Shown: positions 7,800-16,197, counted from the stretch's first letter. The stretch: 64,000 nucleotides of DNA from an uncultured Bacteroidia bacterium (GCA_902783365.1 CACZQL010000019.1:1261-65260), one strand, 5' to 3'. Numbers and translations: made by a program. Notes: generated from the letters alone by a model not told the origin.

Positions 7800-8945
7800 T
7801 TATATTGACAATGATAGTTGTCCCAATTGAGATTCTGTTTGAATATAATACAGATTGGTTCCTCCCTTTTTCTCAGTTTTGATACCATTTATTTTTTTTA
7901 GCATTGCAGTTAGTTTTTGACTGCTGATATTTGAAAGATGTAATAATTCTAAGATTTCTTTTGAGGTATATTTCCCTTTGCTTAACAGATTTCTAATCTT
8001 GTCCTCTACAGTTTCATAGGGTTTGGGATTTTCTGCTACTATAGGACATGGTTCTTCAACTATTTCATATTTGATGATGTCATGAATTGGTTGGCCTTCC
8101 ATGTCAACAGGAAGTGCCCCCATGTTAATTAGTGTTAAGTTGGCGCATTTTTCTCCATTCGATGGTTTTCTAACGAATATTTTTCTTTCTTTTTTCAATC
8201 CATCACAGACACCACTCCATGTTCCCCCTTTGTCATCGGATTGTGCTACAAATATTTCAGAAGCGAGCCCATAGATGATAGGATTTCTAGCCATAGCTAA
8301 TTCAACGCTCCAAGGTGATTTAGGATGGAATGTGCTTAAAACCAGCACATCGCCATCTATGATTTGTTTGTAGTACTTTTTCATTCCGCTTGCAAAAGTG
8401 GTAATGCCTTGAGGTAATACAATGATGCTTTGTCCATGGTATTTCAGAGCTGAATCAAGGGCTTGTTTATCGACGCCTTTGGCGAAGCCACTGACAACGA
8501 TTTTTTTTTCGGATGATGCTTTTTTTGCCACATTATCCGTAAATACTAATGATGTTTCGTTTGCATTGCGTGAACCAACAATGGCGATGGCTTCTTCATG
8601 AAGGATTTGCTTGTTGCCTTTCGTGTAAAGTATCAACGGCGAGTTGTATTTTAGATTGGTTTTTAAGGTCGAAGAATATACTTCAGATGTTATCGGAACA
8701 ATGTCGTAACCTTGATTCAATAGCCCTTCAACCATAAACGCATAATTGGCCAGTTCCAACTTTGTTTTTTTCAGCAATTCGAGCTCTTGAGATTTTAAAT
8801 CCAAGTCCAGAAAGTTTTCCGACTCAAAGAAATCAGCGACAGTTTTTCCTTGATTGAAACATTGGACAACAATATCATTTTTTCTTGATGTCCAAATACT
8901 AGGTGTATGTGCTAGTGCGGCCCAATAGGTTAATTCTTGATTCAT
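7800..8945 (-). CDS. DprA/Smf-like (SLOG Rossmann) protein with C-terminal winged-helix
   Basis: IAIVGSRNANETSLVFTDNVAKK...IVVSGFAKGVDKQALDSAL...IIVLPQGI matches the DprA Rossmann core. The start overlaps the upstream stop (ATGA at 8942-8945). The gene is low in GC. Confidence 0.8.
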   Translation of the reverse strand: MNQELTYWAALAHTPSIWTSRKNDIVVQCFNQGKTVADFFESENFLDLDLKSQELELLKKTKLELANYAFMVEGLLNQGYDIVPITSEVYSSTLKTNLKYNSPLILYTKGNKQILHEEAIAIVGSRNANETSLVFTDNVAKKASSEKKIVVSGFAKGVDKQALDSALKYHGQSIIVLPQGITTFASGMKKYYKQIIDGDVLVLSTFHPKSPWSVELAMARNPIIYGLASEIFVAQSDDKGGTWSGVCDGLKKERKIFVRKPSNGEKCANLTLINMGALPVDMEGQPIHDIIKYEIVEEPCPIVAENPKPYETVEDKIRNLLSKGKYTSKEILELLHLSNISSQKLTAMLKKINGIKTEKKGGTNLYYIQTESQLGQLSLSI

Positions 8946-11164
8946 AATTGATCTCCTCCAACGGTTTTGGCAATGGCGATCGGAACTATAATGTCGGCTC
9001 CCATTGATGTTAATAATTTCCCTATTTCTTTCATTGTTGCACCACTATCAAAGATATCGTCAATCAAAATAATTCTTTTTCCTTCGATTTCTAAAGGGTT
9101 GGAATAAGAAAAAGCATCTTTTATATTATCTACCTTCAAAAGGCGGTTTTGAAATACTTTTTGTTCTTTTGTTTGACGAACTTTGATGAGCTTGTGAGAA
9201 ATTGGTGTTTTTAATACGGATGAAAACTTGATGGCGAAATTTTTGACTAAATCCCCTGAATGTGTTGGCGGAACATAGAGAACTAGATCGAATTTGGTGT
9301 TTCCAAAAGTCTTGCAGAAAGCTTTTAAAGTAAGCCTGAGTAAAAAATCGGGGAAATCACCTCCGTTTTCATATTTGGATCGATGCAAAGCATTCCCGAC
9401 ATTGGAAACACCGTAATACGAAGCAGCGACACCATTGATAATATGCGATTTTTTTTCAAGGTGTCTTTTTAATAATGCTTCAAGAAATATCTTTTCATCT
9501 GCAGAAAAGCATTCCCAATTCACTGAGTGATTGAATGATCTGAATAATTGATCGTTTTTGATAATATCAATTCTATTGATAACAGGGACACTCACCGCCC
9601 ATTTAATTCCACTTGATTTTTGGGTGCTTGATGTAGTTTCCGATACATCTAGAACAGGGAAATAAGCTTCTCTAAATTCTGACAATTTGCTACACCAAAA
9701 CTCGTTTGTCTCAATGGTTAGTTTAGACAAATTTGTGTTGTCGCAGTTAGAATAGGTTGTTTTGCTGTCGTCATCCAAAAACTCACATAAGTATTGCATT
9801 CTTGGTTTTGTCGTATTGACATAGCCAATCATGGAATCCAAGTCTTTCAATTTGATCATCCTTAATTCTTCAAATACACTGGTATCTAACGCTTTTGCCC
9901 CGAATTGGTATTCCAATAGTTTTCTTTTTCCATCTTCAACTTCTCTCACAATACCTTGGTCAATTAAATCGGCTTTGATTATACGAATCTGATTCTCTTT
10001 GAGATTGGTGGCTTTAGTCAGTCCTGCCATGGTGAGTGGCTCGTTTTTTAAGGCATTAATGGCTTTGTCATAATTAGCTATTGATGGTCTTGCGCCATCA
10101 ATAAAAGCCTTTGGTAGTTTATAATCGGTCTCGATCCCATTTTCATCTTTGGATTCGTTATAAAACAGTATGATGTTGGTAGGTTTTCCATCTCTGCCGG
10201 CACGGCCGATTTCTTGAAAGTAATGAATTGGAGAGGCAGGGATTTGAGTGTGTATAATAAAACGAATATCAGGTTTGTCAATGCCCATTCCCAAAGCATT
10301 TGTGGAAACAACGCATTTATATTTGTTTTGCATCAAGCCGATTTCAATTTCTTTTCTTGTTTCGGCATCATGTCCAGCGTGATAGTTTACGGCGTTAACG
10401 TTGTTTTGTACTAGCCATGTCGCATAAATCTCAGTGTCCACACGGGTACCTGTGTAAATAAGACCAGTCCCGTCAAGTTTCTTTATGTTTTGGGCAAGCC
10501 AAATCAGTTTTGCATCGTCGGATTTCACTTTTAAGACATACAATCGGAAGTTGTCGCGTTTCAGATTACCTCTAATAGTGGTTAGTTTTCCACCGATTTG
10601 TTGTTCTACATCTGATTGAACTCTTTTTGTGGCAGTAGCTGTTGTCGCCAAAATTGGTAAACTTTGAGGCAATAGTTTTACCAAATTGATAATTCGTCTG
10701 AATGCAGGTCGGAAATCGTGTCCCCAGACAGAAATGGTATGGGCTTCATCAATGACAACCATCGAAAGGTTCATTATTTGAGTTGCTTCAATCCATTCTT
10801 GATTTTCTTGTCGTTCGGGAGCAATATATAGGATTTTTATTTTCCCTTGTAATGCTTCCTGAATGGTGTCTGTGTTTTCTTCGGGCGACTGTTCGGAATT
10901 AATATATCTAGCTGGTATTCCTTTGTTGTTTAATGCTCTCACTTGATCACGCATCAAGGCGATTAAAGGGGAAAAAATAACCGTAATGCCCTGAAACAAT
11001 GTCGCTGGATATTGGTAACATAATGACTTTCCAAATCCAGTTCTTTGAATCATTAAAATGCGTTCACCATTGAGAATGCGGCTAATTGCTTCCCATTGTT
11101 CGTCGTAGAAATGATCTATTCCGAATATCTGTTTTAATCTGATTTCGTGTTCTTGTCGATTCAT
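8942..11164 (-). CDS. RecQ-family SF2 helicase fused to a C-terminal ComF/GntX-type phosphoribosyltransferase domain
   Basis: Helicase motifs: QRTGFGKSLCYQ (motif I), VVIDEAHTISVWGHDFRP (DEAH) and FQEIGRAGRDG (motif VI). The last roughly 130 aa (about 8945-9365), LVLYVPPTHSG...GKRIILIDDIFDSGATMKEIG, form a ComF-type PRPP-binding loop. The gene is low in GC. Confidence 0.8.
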   Translation of the reverse strand: MNRQEHEIRLKQIFGIDHFYDEQWEAISRILNGERILMIQRTGFGKSLCYQYPATLFQGITVIFSPLIALMRDQVRALNNKGIPARYINSEQSPEENTDTIQEALQGKIKILYIAPERQENQEWIEATQIMNLSMVVIDEAHTISVWGHDFRPAFRRIINLVKLLPQSLPILATTATATKRVQSDVEQQIGGKLTTIRGNLKRDNFRLYVLKVKSDDAKLIWLAQNIKKLDGTGLIYTGTRVDTEIYATWLVQNNVNAVNYHAGHDAETRKEIEIGLMQNKYKCVVSTNALGMGIDKPDIRFIIHTQIPASPIHYFQEIGRAGRDGKPTNIILFYNESKDENGIETDYKLPKAFIDGARPSIANYDKAINALKNEPLTMAGLTKATNLKENQIRIIKADLIDQGIVREVEDGKRKLLEYQFGAKALDTSVFEELRMIKLKDLDSMIGYVNTTKPRMQYLCEFLDDDSKTTYSNCDNTNLSKLTIETNEFWCSKLSEFREAYFPVLDVSETTSSTQKSSGIKWAVSVPVINRIDIIKNDQLFRSFNHSVNWECFSADEKIFLEALLKRHLEKKSHIINGVAASYYGVSNVGNALHRSKYENGGDFPDFLLRLTLKAFCKTFGNTKFDLVLYVPPTHSGDLVKNFAIKFSSVLKTPISHKLIKVRQTKEQKVFQNRLLKVDNIKDAFSYSNPLEIEGKRIILIDDIFDSGATMKEIGKLLTSMGADIIVPIAIAKTVGGDQL

Positions 11165-11190
11165 ATCATTGGTTTAAAGTTGGTGCTAGT

Positions 11191-12906
11191 TTACCGTTCC
11201 CTGCGCTCGATGACCTCCTTCAGGCGGTAGCGGTCGCCGGTGGCGGGACCGATGGCGTCGATGAACTGCTGGTCGTAACCGGGGGTGTCGTGACCCCAGC
11301 GGAGGAATCGACCATCCTCGCCCACACGGCGCACAATCTGGTCGTTGTACCTGACGATGAGGCGCTTGGCCAGCTGGTCCCAACGGGTCATCATGCGGTT
11401 GGCGTAGTCGATGCTCTTGCGGTTCAGGAAGCTCTGGCGCTCGGCGGGCATCAGGTCCTTGATGGCCGCAAGCACGGTGTCCTGGTCGGCAAAGTAATAG
11501 TCCTCCAACTCGTTCTGGGCCTTGCGGAGGTCGCCAATCATCATGGAGTAGCGGGGATATACCATGTTGGCCACCCAGTTGTTCATCCAGAAGGCGGACT
11601 GCTCGCTGAACTCGGTGCGGGGGTTGTTTTCCGGACGGAAGGGGTCGGGCACCTGGGTGATGCAGCAGTAGAGCGGCACGTAGGCCACCATGTTGGCGTC
11701 GTCGCAGTTGAACCAGGTGACGCCGCCCACGTCGTCGGGCAGCCAGGAACGCATCTGGCAGGTCATGGTGAAGCCCGACTGCTGGCAGGCGATGGGACGC
11801 TCGCGGAAGTAGTCGAGGCTGTCGCTGTCCTTGAAATGCATGGGCAGCGGGCGGATGGGCATGCCCCAGGGGCCTGCGGTCATGTCGGAGGTCATGTCCA
11901 AGGCGGTGCCTTCGAAATGGTCGCGCATGTCGCGTTGCAAGTCGCGCAAAGAGAGGGGCTTGTCGGGCTTGATCCACAAAGGCAGATGGTCGTACTCGCT
12001 GAAGTCGCCGTTGAGGTAGGGGAGGTATTTGTCCATCTCCTCGGGGTCGGTGTGGTGGCGGAAGAAGCTCCACACGCGGGCGTCGGCATAGCGCACGTTC
12101 TCGAAGTCGATGGGGCAGTAGGCGTCGCGGAACGAGAAGTCCTCGTCCTTCCCGCTGAAGAACCCCTTCTCACGCGCCAACGAAATCACATCCCAAGCAT
12201 AGACGCATTCCACCTGTGGCTGGTGTAACTTCTTGAAATTCTTGCTGCTGATGCTCTTTCCACTTTCCGCTTTCCGTTTTCCACTTTCCAAGGGGAACTG
12301 TCGGATGCGGCTCAGGTTGGCGTGGGCGCAGATGCAGTCGTCGGGGACGCGCAAGGCCACCCACACGGCGCCTTTCCGGCCAGGACCCTTGCCGATGATC
12401 TCCATGATCCAAGCCTCGTTGGGGTCGCACACGGTGAGGGTCTCGCCACTGCTGTTGTAACCATATTCCTCCACCAACTCGGCCATGCATTGGATGGCAT
12501 CGCGGGCATTGGCGCATCGTTGCAGGGCCAGGCGCATCAGCGAGAAATAGTCGAGCAACCCCTCGTTGTTCACCAGCTCCAAACGTCCGTCGAAGGTGGT
12601 CTCCACAATGGTCACCTGTTTCTCGTTCATCAGGCCCACTACATTATAGGTGTAAGGCACTTGTTTTACATACTGTCCTTCGTGCGAAGGACCCCAGCCG
12701 TGGATGGCGATAAGCTCGCCGTCGGCATGGCGGCCCGAAGGACTGTAAGAGAGGGAGCCGCTGAATCCAAAACCGTCACAATTGTAGGTACACATCACAC
12801 TGCCGTCGGTCGAAGCCTTTTTGCCGACAATGAGGTTGGTGCAGGCCATGGCGGTTTGGAGGCCAATGAGCATGAATGCGAAAGAAAGGAATACAGTTTT
12901 TTTCAT
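11191..12906 (-). CDS. C69 family dipeptidase (secreted)
   Basis: The signal peptide MKKTVFLSFAFMLIGLQTAMA is followed by the nucleophile Cys in CTNLIVGKKASTDGS, typical of C69. I set the start at the ATG at 12906. The longer ORF reaching 13158 would overlap the Nudix gene and encodes an Arg/Pro-rich extension. Confidence 0.85.
   Translation of the reverse strand: MKKTVFLSFAFMLIGLQTAMACTNLIVGKKASTDGSVMCTYNCDGFGFSGSLSYSPSGRHADGELIAIHGWGPSHEGQYVKQVPYTYNVVGLMNEKQVTIVETTFDGRLELVNNEGLLDYFSLMRLALQRCANARDAIQCMAELVEEYGYNSSGETLTVCDPNEAWIMEIIGKGPGRKGAVWVALRVPDDCICAHANLSRIRQFPLESGKRKAESGKSISSKNFKKLHQPQVECVYAWDVISLAREKGFFSGKDEDFSFRDAYCPIDFENVRYADARVWSFFRHHTDPEEMDKYLPYLNGDFSEYDHLPLWIKPDKPLSLRDLQRDMRDHFEGTALDMTSDMTAGPWGMPIRPLPMHFKDSDSLDYFRERPIACQQSGFTMTCQMRSWLPDDVGGVTWFNCDDANMVAYVPLYCCITQVPDPFRPENNPRTEFSEQSAFWMNNWVANMVYPRYSMMIGDLRKAQNELEDYYFADQDTVLAAIKDLMPAERQSFLNRKSIDYANRMMTRWDQLAKRLIVRYNDQIVRRVGEDGRFLRWGHDTPGYDQQFIDAIGPATGDRYRLKEVIERRER
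12256..12290 (+). repeat. Five-unit heptamer array CTTTCCA/CTTTCCG/TTTTCCA inside the C69 coding sequence
   Basis: Read directly. On the coding (minus) strand it encodes ...LESGKRKAESGKS.... Confidence 0.9.
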
Positions 12907-12977
12907 CGTTTCAAAAGTTCTTGTTTGCTGCAATGTTAGTGGTTGTCTCGCTAAGGTGTGCCCGATGCGATGAGGTG

Positions 12978-13511
12978 TCAGACGAGGTCGGTGAGGCGCA
13001 GGCTGAGGTTGAGCCGTTCCTCCGTGGTAAGGTCGTCGAAGAACCTCTCGGGCAGCATGACGGTACGTCCGTCTTCCATGATGCGTTTGAAAGCCTTGGC
13101 GAGGATGTCGTCGTGGTCGAAGGCGAGTTTCTCGGGGAGGGCTTTCACAGGGAACCATTGGGCCTTGGCGGCGTCGTCAAGGCCCTTCACGTTGGCGATG
13201 CGGGTGAAGGCGTAGTAGCCGATGGAGATGACCCAACCCCGGGGATCGCGGTGGGGTTTTGTGAAGGCTCCGAACTGGATGGCGTGGGGCAGACGGAGGC
13301 CGGTTTCTTCCTCCAGCTCGCGCAGCGCGCCTGTCTCGCCTTCCTCGTCAGGCTCCAAAAAGCCACCGGGGATGGCCCAGTAACCATGGTAGGTGTCGCC
13401 GCCCCGCTCGATGAGCAGGACATACAATTCGCTCCCGTCAAACCCCAGCACCACACAGTCGGCAGTGACCGACGGGCGCGGGTATTTGTAGGAGTAGCGT
13501 TGCTCTTCCAT
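12978..13511 (-). CDS. NUDIX hydrolase
   Basis: Nudix box GGFLEPDEEGETGALRELEEETGL (GX5EX7REUXEEXGU). 177 aa. The start lies 3 nt after the upstream stop. Confidence 0.85.
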   Translation of the reverse strand: MEEQRYSYKYPRPSVTADCVVLGFDGSELYVLLIERGGDTYHGYWAIPGGFLEPDEEGETGALRELEEETGLRLPHAIQFGAFTKPHRDPRGWVISIGYYAFTRIANVKGLDDAAKAQWFPVKALPEKLAFDHDDILAKAFKRIMEDGRTVMLPERFFDDLTTEERLNLSLRLTDLV

Positions 13512-13514
13512 GCC

Positions 13515-13895
13515 TTATCCTTCGATTTGGTCGTAAAACTCTTTTCTGGCGCCAACCATGATGTTCAGCAGTCGGGGGATGAAGTCCTCCAACACGGGGG
13601 TCGTGTCCATCAGCATCTCGGTAGCGATCCAAACGCTGTCGCGGACCACCATCACCTTCGCCACCTTATATACTTTGTTCACTTCGTTGACGGCCTCCAA
13701 CACGGCAATGCGGTTGTCCTCGGTCACGTCGTAGATGTTGGGCAGACCCATGCGGAAATAACGCTCGTCGTCGTCATTGTTGAAGAAGTAGAAGGTCAGC
13801 ATGTTGAACTTGAATTTCACGTCATTGTCCTCGTCGAAGGCGGGCATTAATCCCTGCTCTTTGAGGTAATTCATTACCATTTCTGTAGTTTTCAT
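13515..13895 (-). CDS. YbjN-like (T3SS-chaperone-fold) small protein
   Basis: 126 aa and acidic. The pattern of alternating hydrophobic strands (FKFNMLTFYFFNNDDDERYFRMGL) resembles the YbjN family. The assignment is from memory only. Confidence 0.5.
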   Translation of the reverse strand: MKTTEMVMNYLKEQGLMPAFDEDNDVKFKFNMLTFYFFNNDDDERYFRMGLPNIYDVTEDNRIAVLEAVNEVNKVYKVAKVMVVRDSVWIATEMLMDTTPVLEDFIPRLLNIMVGARKEFYDQIEG

Positions 13896-13898
13896 GTC

Positions 13899-13926
13899 AA
13901 TTTAGAATTTAGAATTTATAATTTAT
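13899..13926 (+). repeat. Heptamer array AATTTAG AATTTAG AATTTAT AATTTAT
   Basis: Read directly. It fills the 27-nt gap between the kinase-AAA and YbjN-like genes and covers the kinase-AAA stop codon (13923-13925). Confidence 0.9.
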
Positions 13927-15734
13927 AGTTCTTTTTTAAAGCCGATTCGGGGCAGGAGGTTCGCTCTGCTGATGCCTTCCATTTTCTGCTGAAGGTCGTC
14001 GTACATCTGGAGGGACTCTTTGCTGACGGAGGGCCGGGTTTGGCTGATGGACTTCTCGAGGAGTTCCTGGGTGATTTCGGCGCGGGTGAAGGCGGCGGTC
14101 ATGGCGGCGTCGTTCACGATGAAAGCGATGTCGGAGGCGATGTAGCCGTCGGTGAGGTCGGAGAGGCGGTCGAAGTCGATGCTGTCCTCCTGGTAGGGAC
14201 GTCCTTTGATGTGGATCTTGAACATCTCGCGTCGGGCGTCATGGTCGGGGAGGGGGACGTAGATGATTTTGTCGAGACGGCCTGTCCTCAACACGGCGGG
14301 GTCGATCATGTCGGGACGGTTGGTGGTGCCCACGACGAAGATGCCTCGCTTGGAGCAGTTGTTCAGCTGAGTGAGGAACTCGTTGACCTCGCCGGAGACG
14401 TGGGAGGTGCCGGGCAGCGAGCGGTTGGGCACGAAGGCGTCGAACTCGTCGAAGCAGAGCACGGTGGGGGCGTCCCTTTCGGCTTGCTTGAACAGCTCAC
14501 CGATCTTCTCCTGCGACCCGTGGACATAGATGCTGGCCAGGTCGGAGGCTTTCACGAGGATGAAGTTGAACCCGGTTTGCTCGGCGAACTTCTCGGCAAA
14601 GAACGACTTGCCGCAGCCGGGAGGCCCATAGAGGAGCATCCCGTTAGGTGGCACCAGCCGGTATTGTTCCGAGAGTTCCTTGTTTTGAATCACGAAGATG
14701 ACTTTCTGTTGCAGCAGGTCTTTCAGTTCCTGCATGCCCGCGATGTCGTCGAACCCATGTCCGTTGCCTCTGCGTGAGGTGACTTTCAGCTCGTTTTCGC
14801 TGGAGGTCTGCTGGCTTTGGCTTCCCCGGGCTTCGTCGGCGTCTTTTTGGGCCCGCTCGCTTCGCTCGCCGGGCCGGTTCGCACCACTGTTGTCGCCCAG
14901 GTCGCCCAACACCTGGCTCACGTTCTGGTATTGGTCGCCACGGCTGTTGAGCAAGCCCCGCTCAAGCACGTATTTCACCTTGTCGGAGACGGGCAGCGAC
15001 AGCACGTCAACCGGGTGCTCCTTGCGGTAGCGTTTCATCTTGACCATCTTGGAGCCGAAGTTCTCGCCGGAGGAGAAGTCGATGTTCCAGGGGGATTTGC
15101 CGGTAATCAGGGTGTATAGCACCGCGATGGCCGAAAACACGTCGCAACGCTCGTCAAAGACTCCGGCGGCAGTGGCATTGGCGCAGTATCTCGGGTCGAG
15201 GTCCATGGTGTCGAAAGGCACCTTGCCGGAACAGGACTCGGAGGAATGCCCCATGTCGATGATCTCGGGCGTGCCTTCGGTGCTCTCGCTGAGCATGATG
15301 TTGCTCGGCGTGATGTCGTTGTGGCAGATGCCCATGCCGTGAAGGTATTGAAGCCCTTCGAGGATGCCCTTGAACACCTTGAGGGCTTCCTCCTCCATGA
15401 AGGAAGCGCGCTGGATCTTGTCGGCCAGCACCTCGCCGGTGAAGTAGTTGGTCACCACATACTGGCACTCGCCCATGGGCAGGTCGATGGTGCCATGCCC
15501 GATGTAAGACACCACGTTGGGGTGCTGCATCCGGCGCAACAGCTTGATTTCCATCACCTCATGCAGGTTCTGGTCGATGATCTTGGCAGGGGTCTTCTTC
15601 AAGATGTACAACTTCAGGAAATAGGGGTTGTCGTTCTCGTTGACCACCTTGTAGGTCTCGGTGTATTCGTTCTCCTTGATGAGACGCTGTATCCGATAGT
15701 TTCCAATGACGAATCCTTCTTGTAATGTGCTCAT
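13923..15734 (-). CDS. Ser/Thr protein kinase domain fused to a classical-clade AAA+ ATPase domain
   Basis: The N-terminal roughly 280 aa have the catalytic loop ICHNDITPSNIML (HxDxxxxN), IIDMGHS (a DFG-like DMG) and a degenerate Gly loop. A low-complexity linker follows. The C-terminal domain has Walker A LLYGPPGCGKSF, Walker B VLCFDEFDAF and VVGTTNRPDMIDPAVLRTGRLD, the CDC48/FtsH-type second region of homology. Confidence 0.8.
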   Translation of the reverse strand: MSTLQEGFVIGNYRIQRLIKENEYTETYKVVNENDNPYFLKLYILKKTPAKIIDQNLHEVMEIKLLRRMQHPNVVSYIGHGTIDLPMGECQYVVTNYFTGEVLADKIQRASFMEEEALKVFKGILEGLQYLHGMGICHNDITPSNIMLSESTEGTPEIIDMGHSSESCSGKVPFDTMDLDPRYCANATAAGVFDERCDVFSAIAVLYTLITGKSPWNIDFSSGENFGSKMVKMKRYRKEHPVDVLSLPVSDKVKYVLERGLLNSRGDQYQNVSQVLGDLGDNSGANRPGERSERAQKDADEARGSQSQQTSSENELKVTSRRGNGHGFDDIAGMQELKDLLQQKVIFVIQNKELSEQYRLVPPNGMLLYGPPGCGKSFFAEKFAEQTGFNFILVKASDLASIYVHGSQEKIGELFKQAERDAPTVLCFDEFDAFVPNRSLPGTSHVSGEVNEFLTQLNNCSKRGIFVVGTTNRPDMIDPAVLRTGRLDKIIYVPLPDHDARREMFKIHIKGRPYQEDSIDFDRLSDLTDGYIASDIAFIVNDAAMTAAFTRAEITQELLEKSISQTRPSVSKESLQMYDDLQQKMEGISRANLLPRIGFKKEL

Positions 15735-15743
15735 ATTGTTTTT

Positions 15744-16187
15744 TTATATTAATTCCACAATTTTTTCCAGTCCGGCCTGGTCCACCTCGTCGAAGGTGCC
15801 AAGCTCACGGCTGTCGATGTCGAGCTCGGCCCACACCTCTCCGTTTCTGAAGATCGGGACCACGATCTCGCTCCGCGACTCGCTGCTGCAAGCGATGTGT
15901 CCGGGGAACTGCTCCACATCGGGCACGATGAGGGTCTTTTTCTGGGCCCAGGCACTGCCGCAGACGCCTTTCCCGTAAGGGATGCGGGTGCAGGCCAAAG
16001 GTCCTTGGAAGGGTCCTAACACCAAACGCTCCCCGTCCACGAAGTAAAAACCCGTCCACCAAAACCCGAAAGCGAAGTGGAGGAGCGAGGAGAGGTTGGC
16101 CAGGTTGGCGATGAGGTTGTCCTCGTCGGCCAGCAATGCCTTGGCTTGCTTGTAGAGCAACTCGTATTGTTGTTTCTTTTCTTCCAT
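15744..16187 (-). CDS. msrC: GAF-domain free methionine-(R)-sulfoxide reductase
   Basis: 147 aa. WTGFYFV...LVLGPFQGPLACTRIPYGKGVCGSAW...VPDVEQFPGHIACSSESRSEIVVPI matches the YebR/fRMsr family. Confidence 0.8.
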   Translation of the reverse strand: MEEKKQQYELLYKQAKALLADEDNLIANLANLSSLLHFAFGFWWTGFYFVDGERLVLGPFQGPLACTRIPYGKGVCGSAWAQKKTLIVPDVEQFPGHIACSSESRSEIVVPIFRNGEVWAELDIDSRELGTFDEVDQAGLEKIVELI

Positions 16188-16197
16188 AGTTATATTG

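Larger units (their letters stand above)
7740..11185. other. AT-rich two-gene genomic islet (probable horizontal acquisition)
   Basis: Lines I counted inside the islet are about 28-35% G+C, against about 55-65% in the flanking S8 and C69 genes. The change is abrupt at both ends. I saw no integrase, tRNA or convincing direct repeats. Confidence 0.7.

Noticed and set aside
7794-11171. The 7-nt direct repeat TATCATT near both ends of the islet (about 7794-7800 and about 11165-11171), considered as a possible target-site duplication.
   Set aside because: It is too short and AT-rich to be meaningful. No integrase or transposase is present and there are no terminal inverted repeats.
12907-13158. 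An 84-aa N-terminal extension of the C69 dipeptidase ORF (track start 13158).
   Set aside because: The extension is Arg/Pro-rich, overlaps the Nudix gene on the same strand, and precedes a perfect signal peptide starting at the ATG at 12906.
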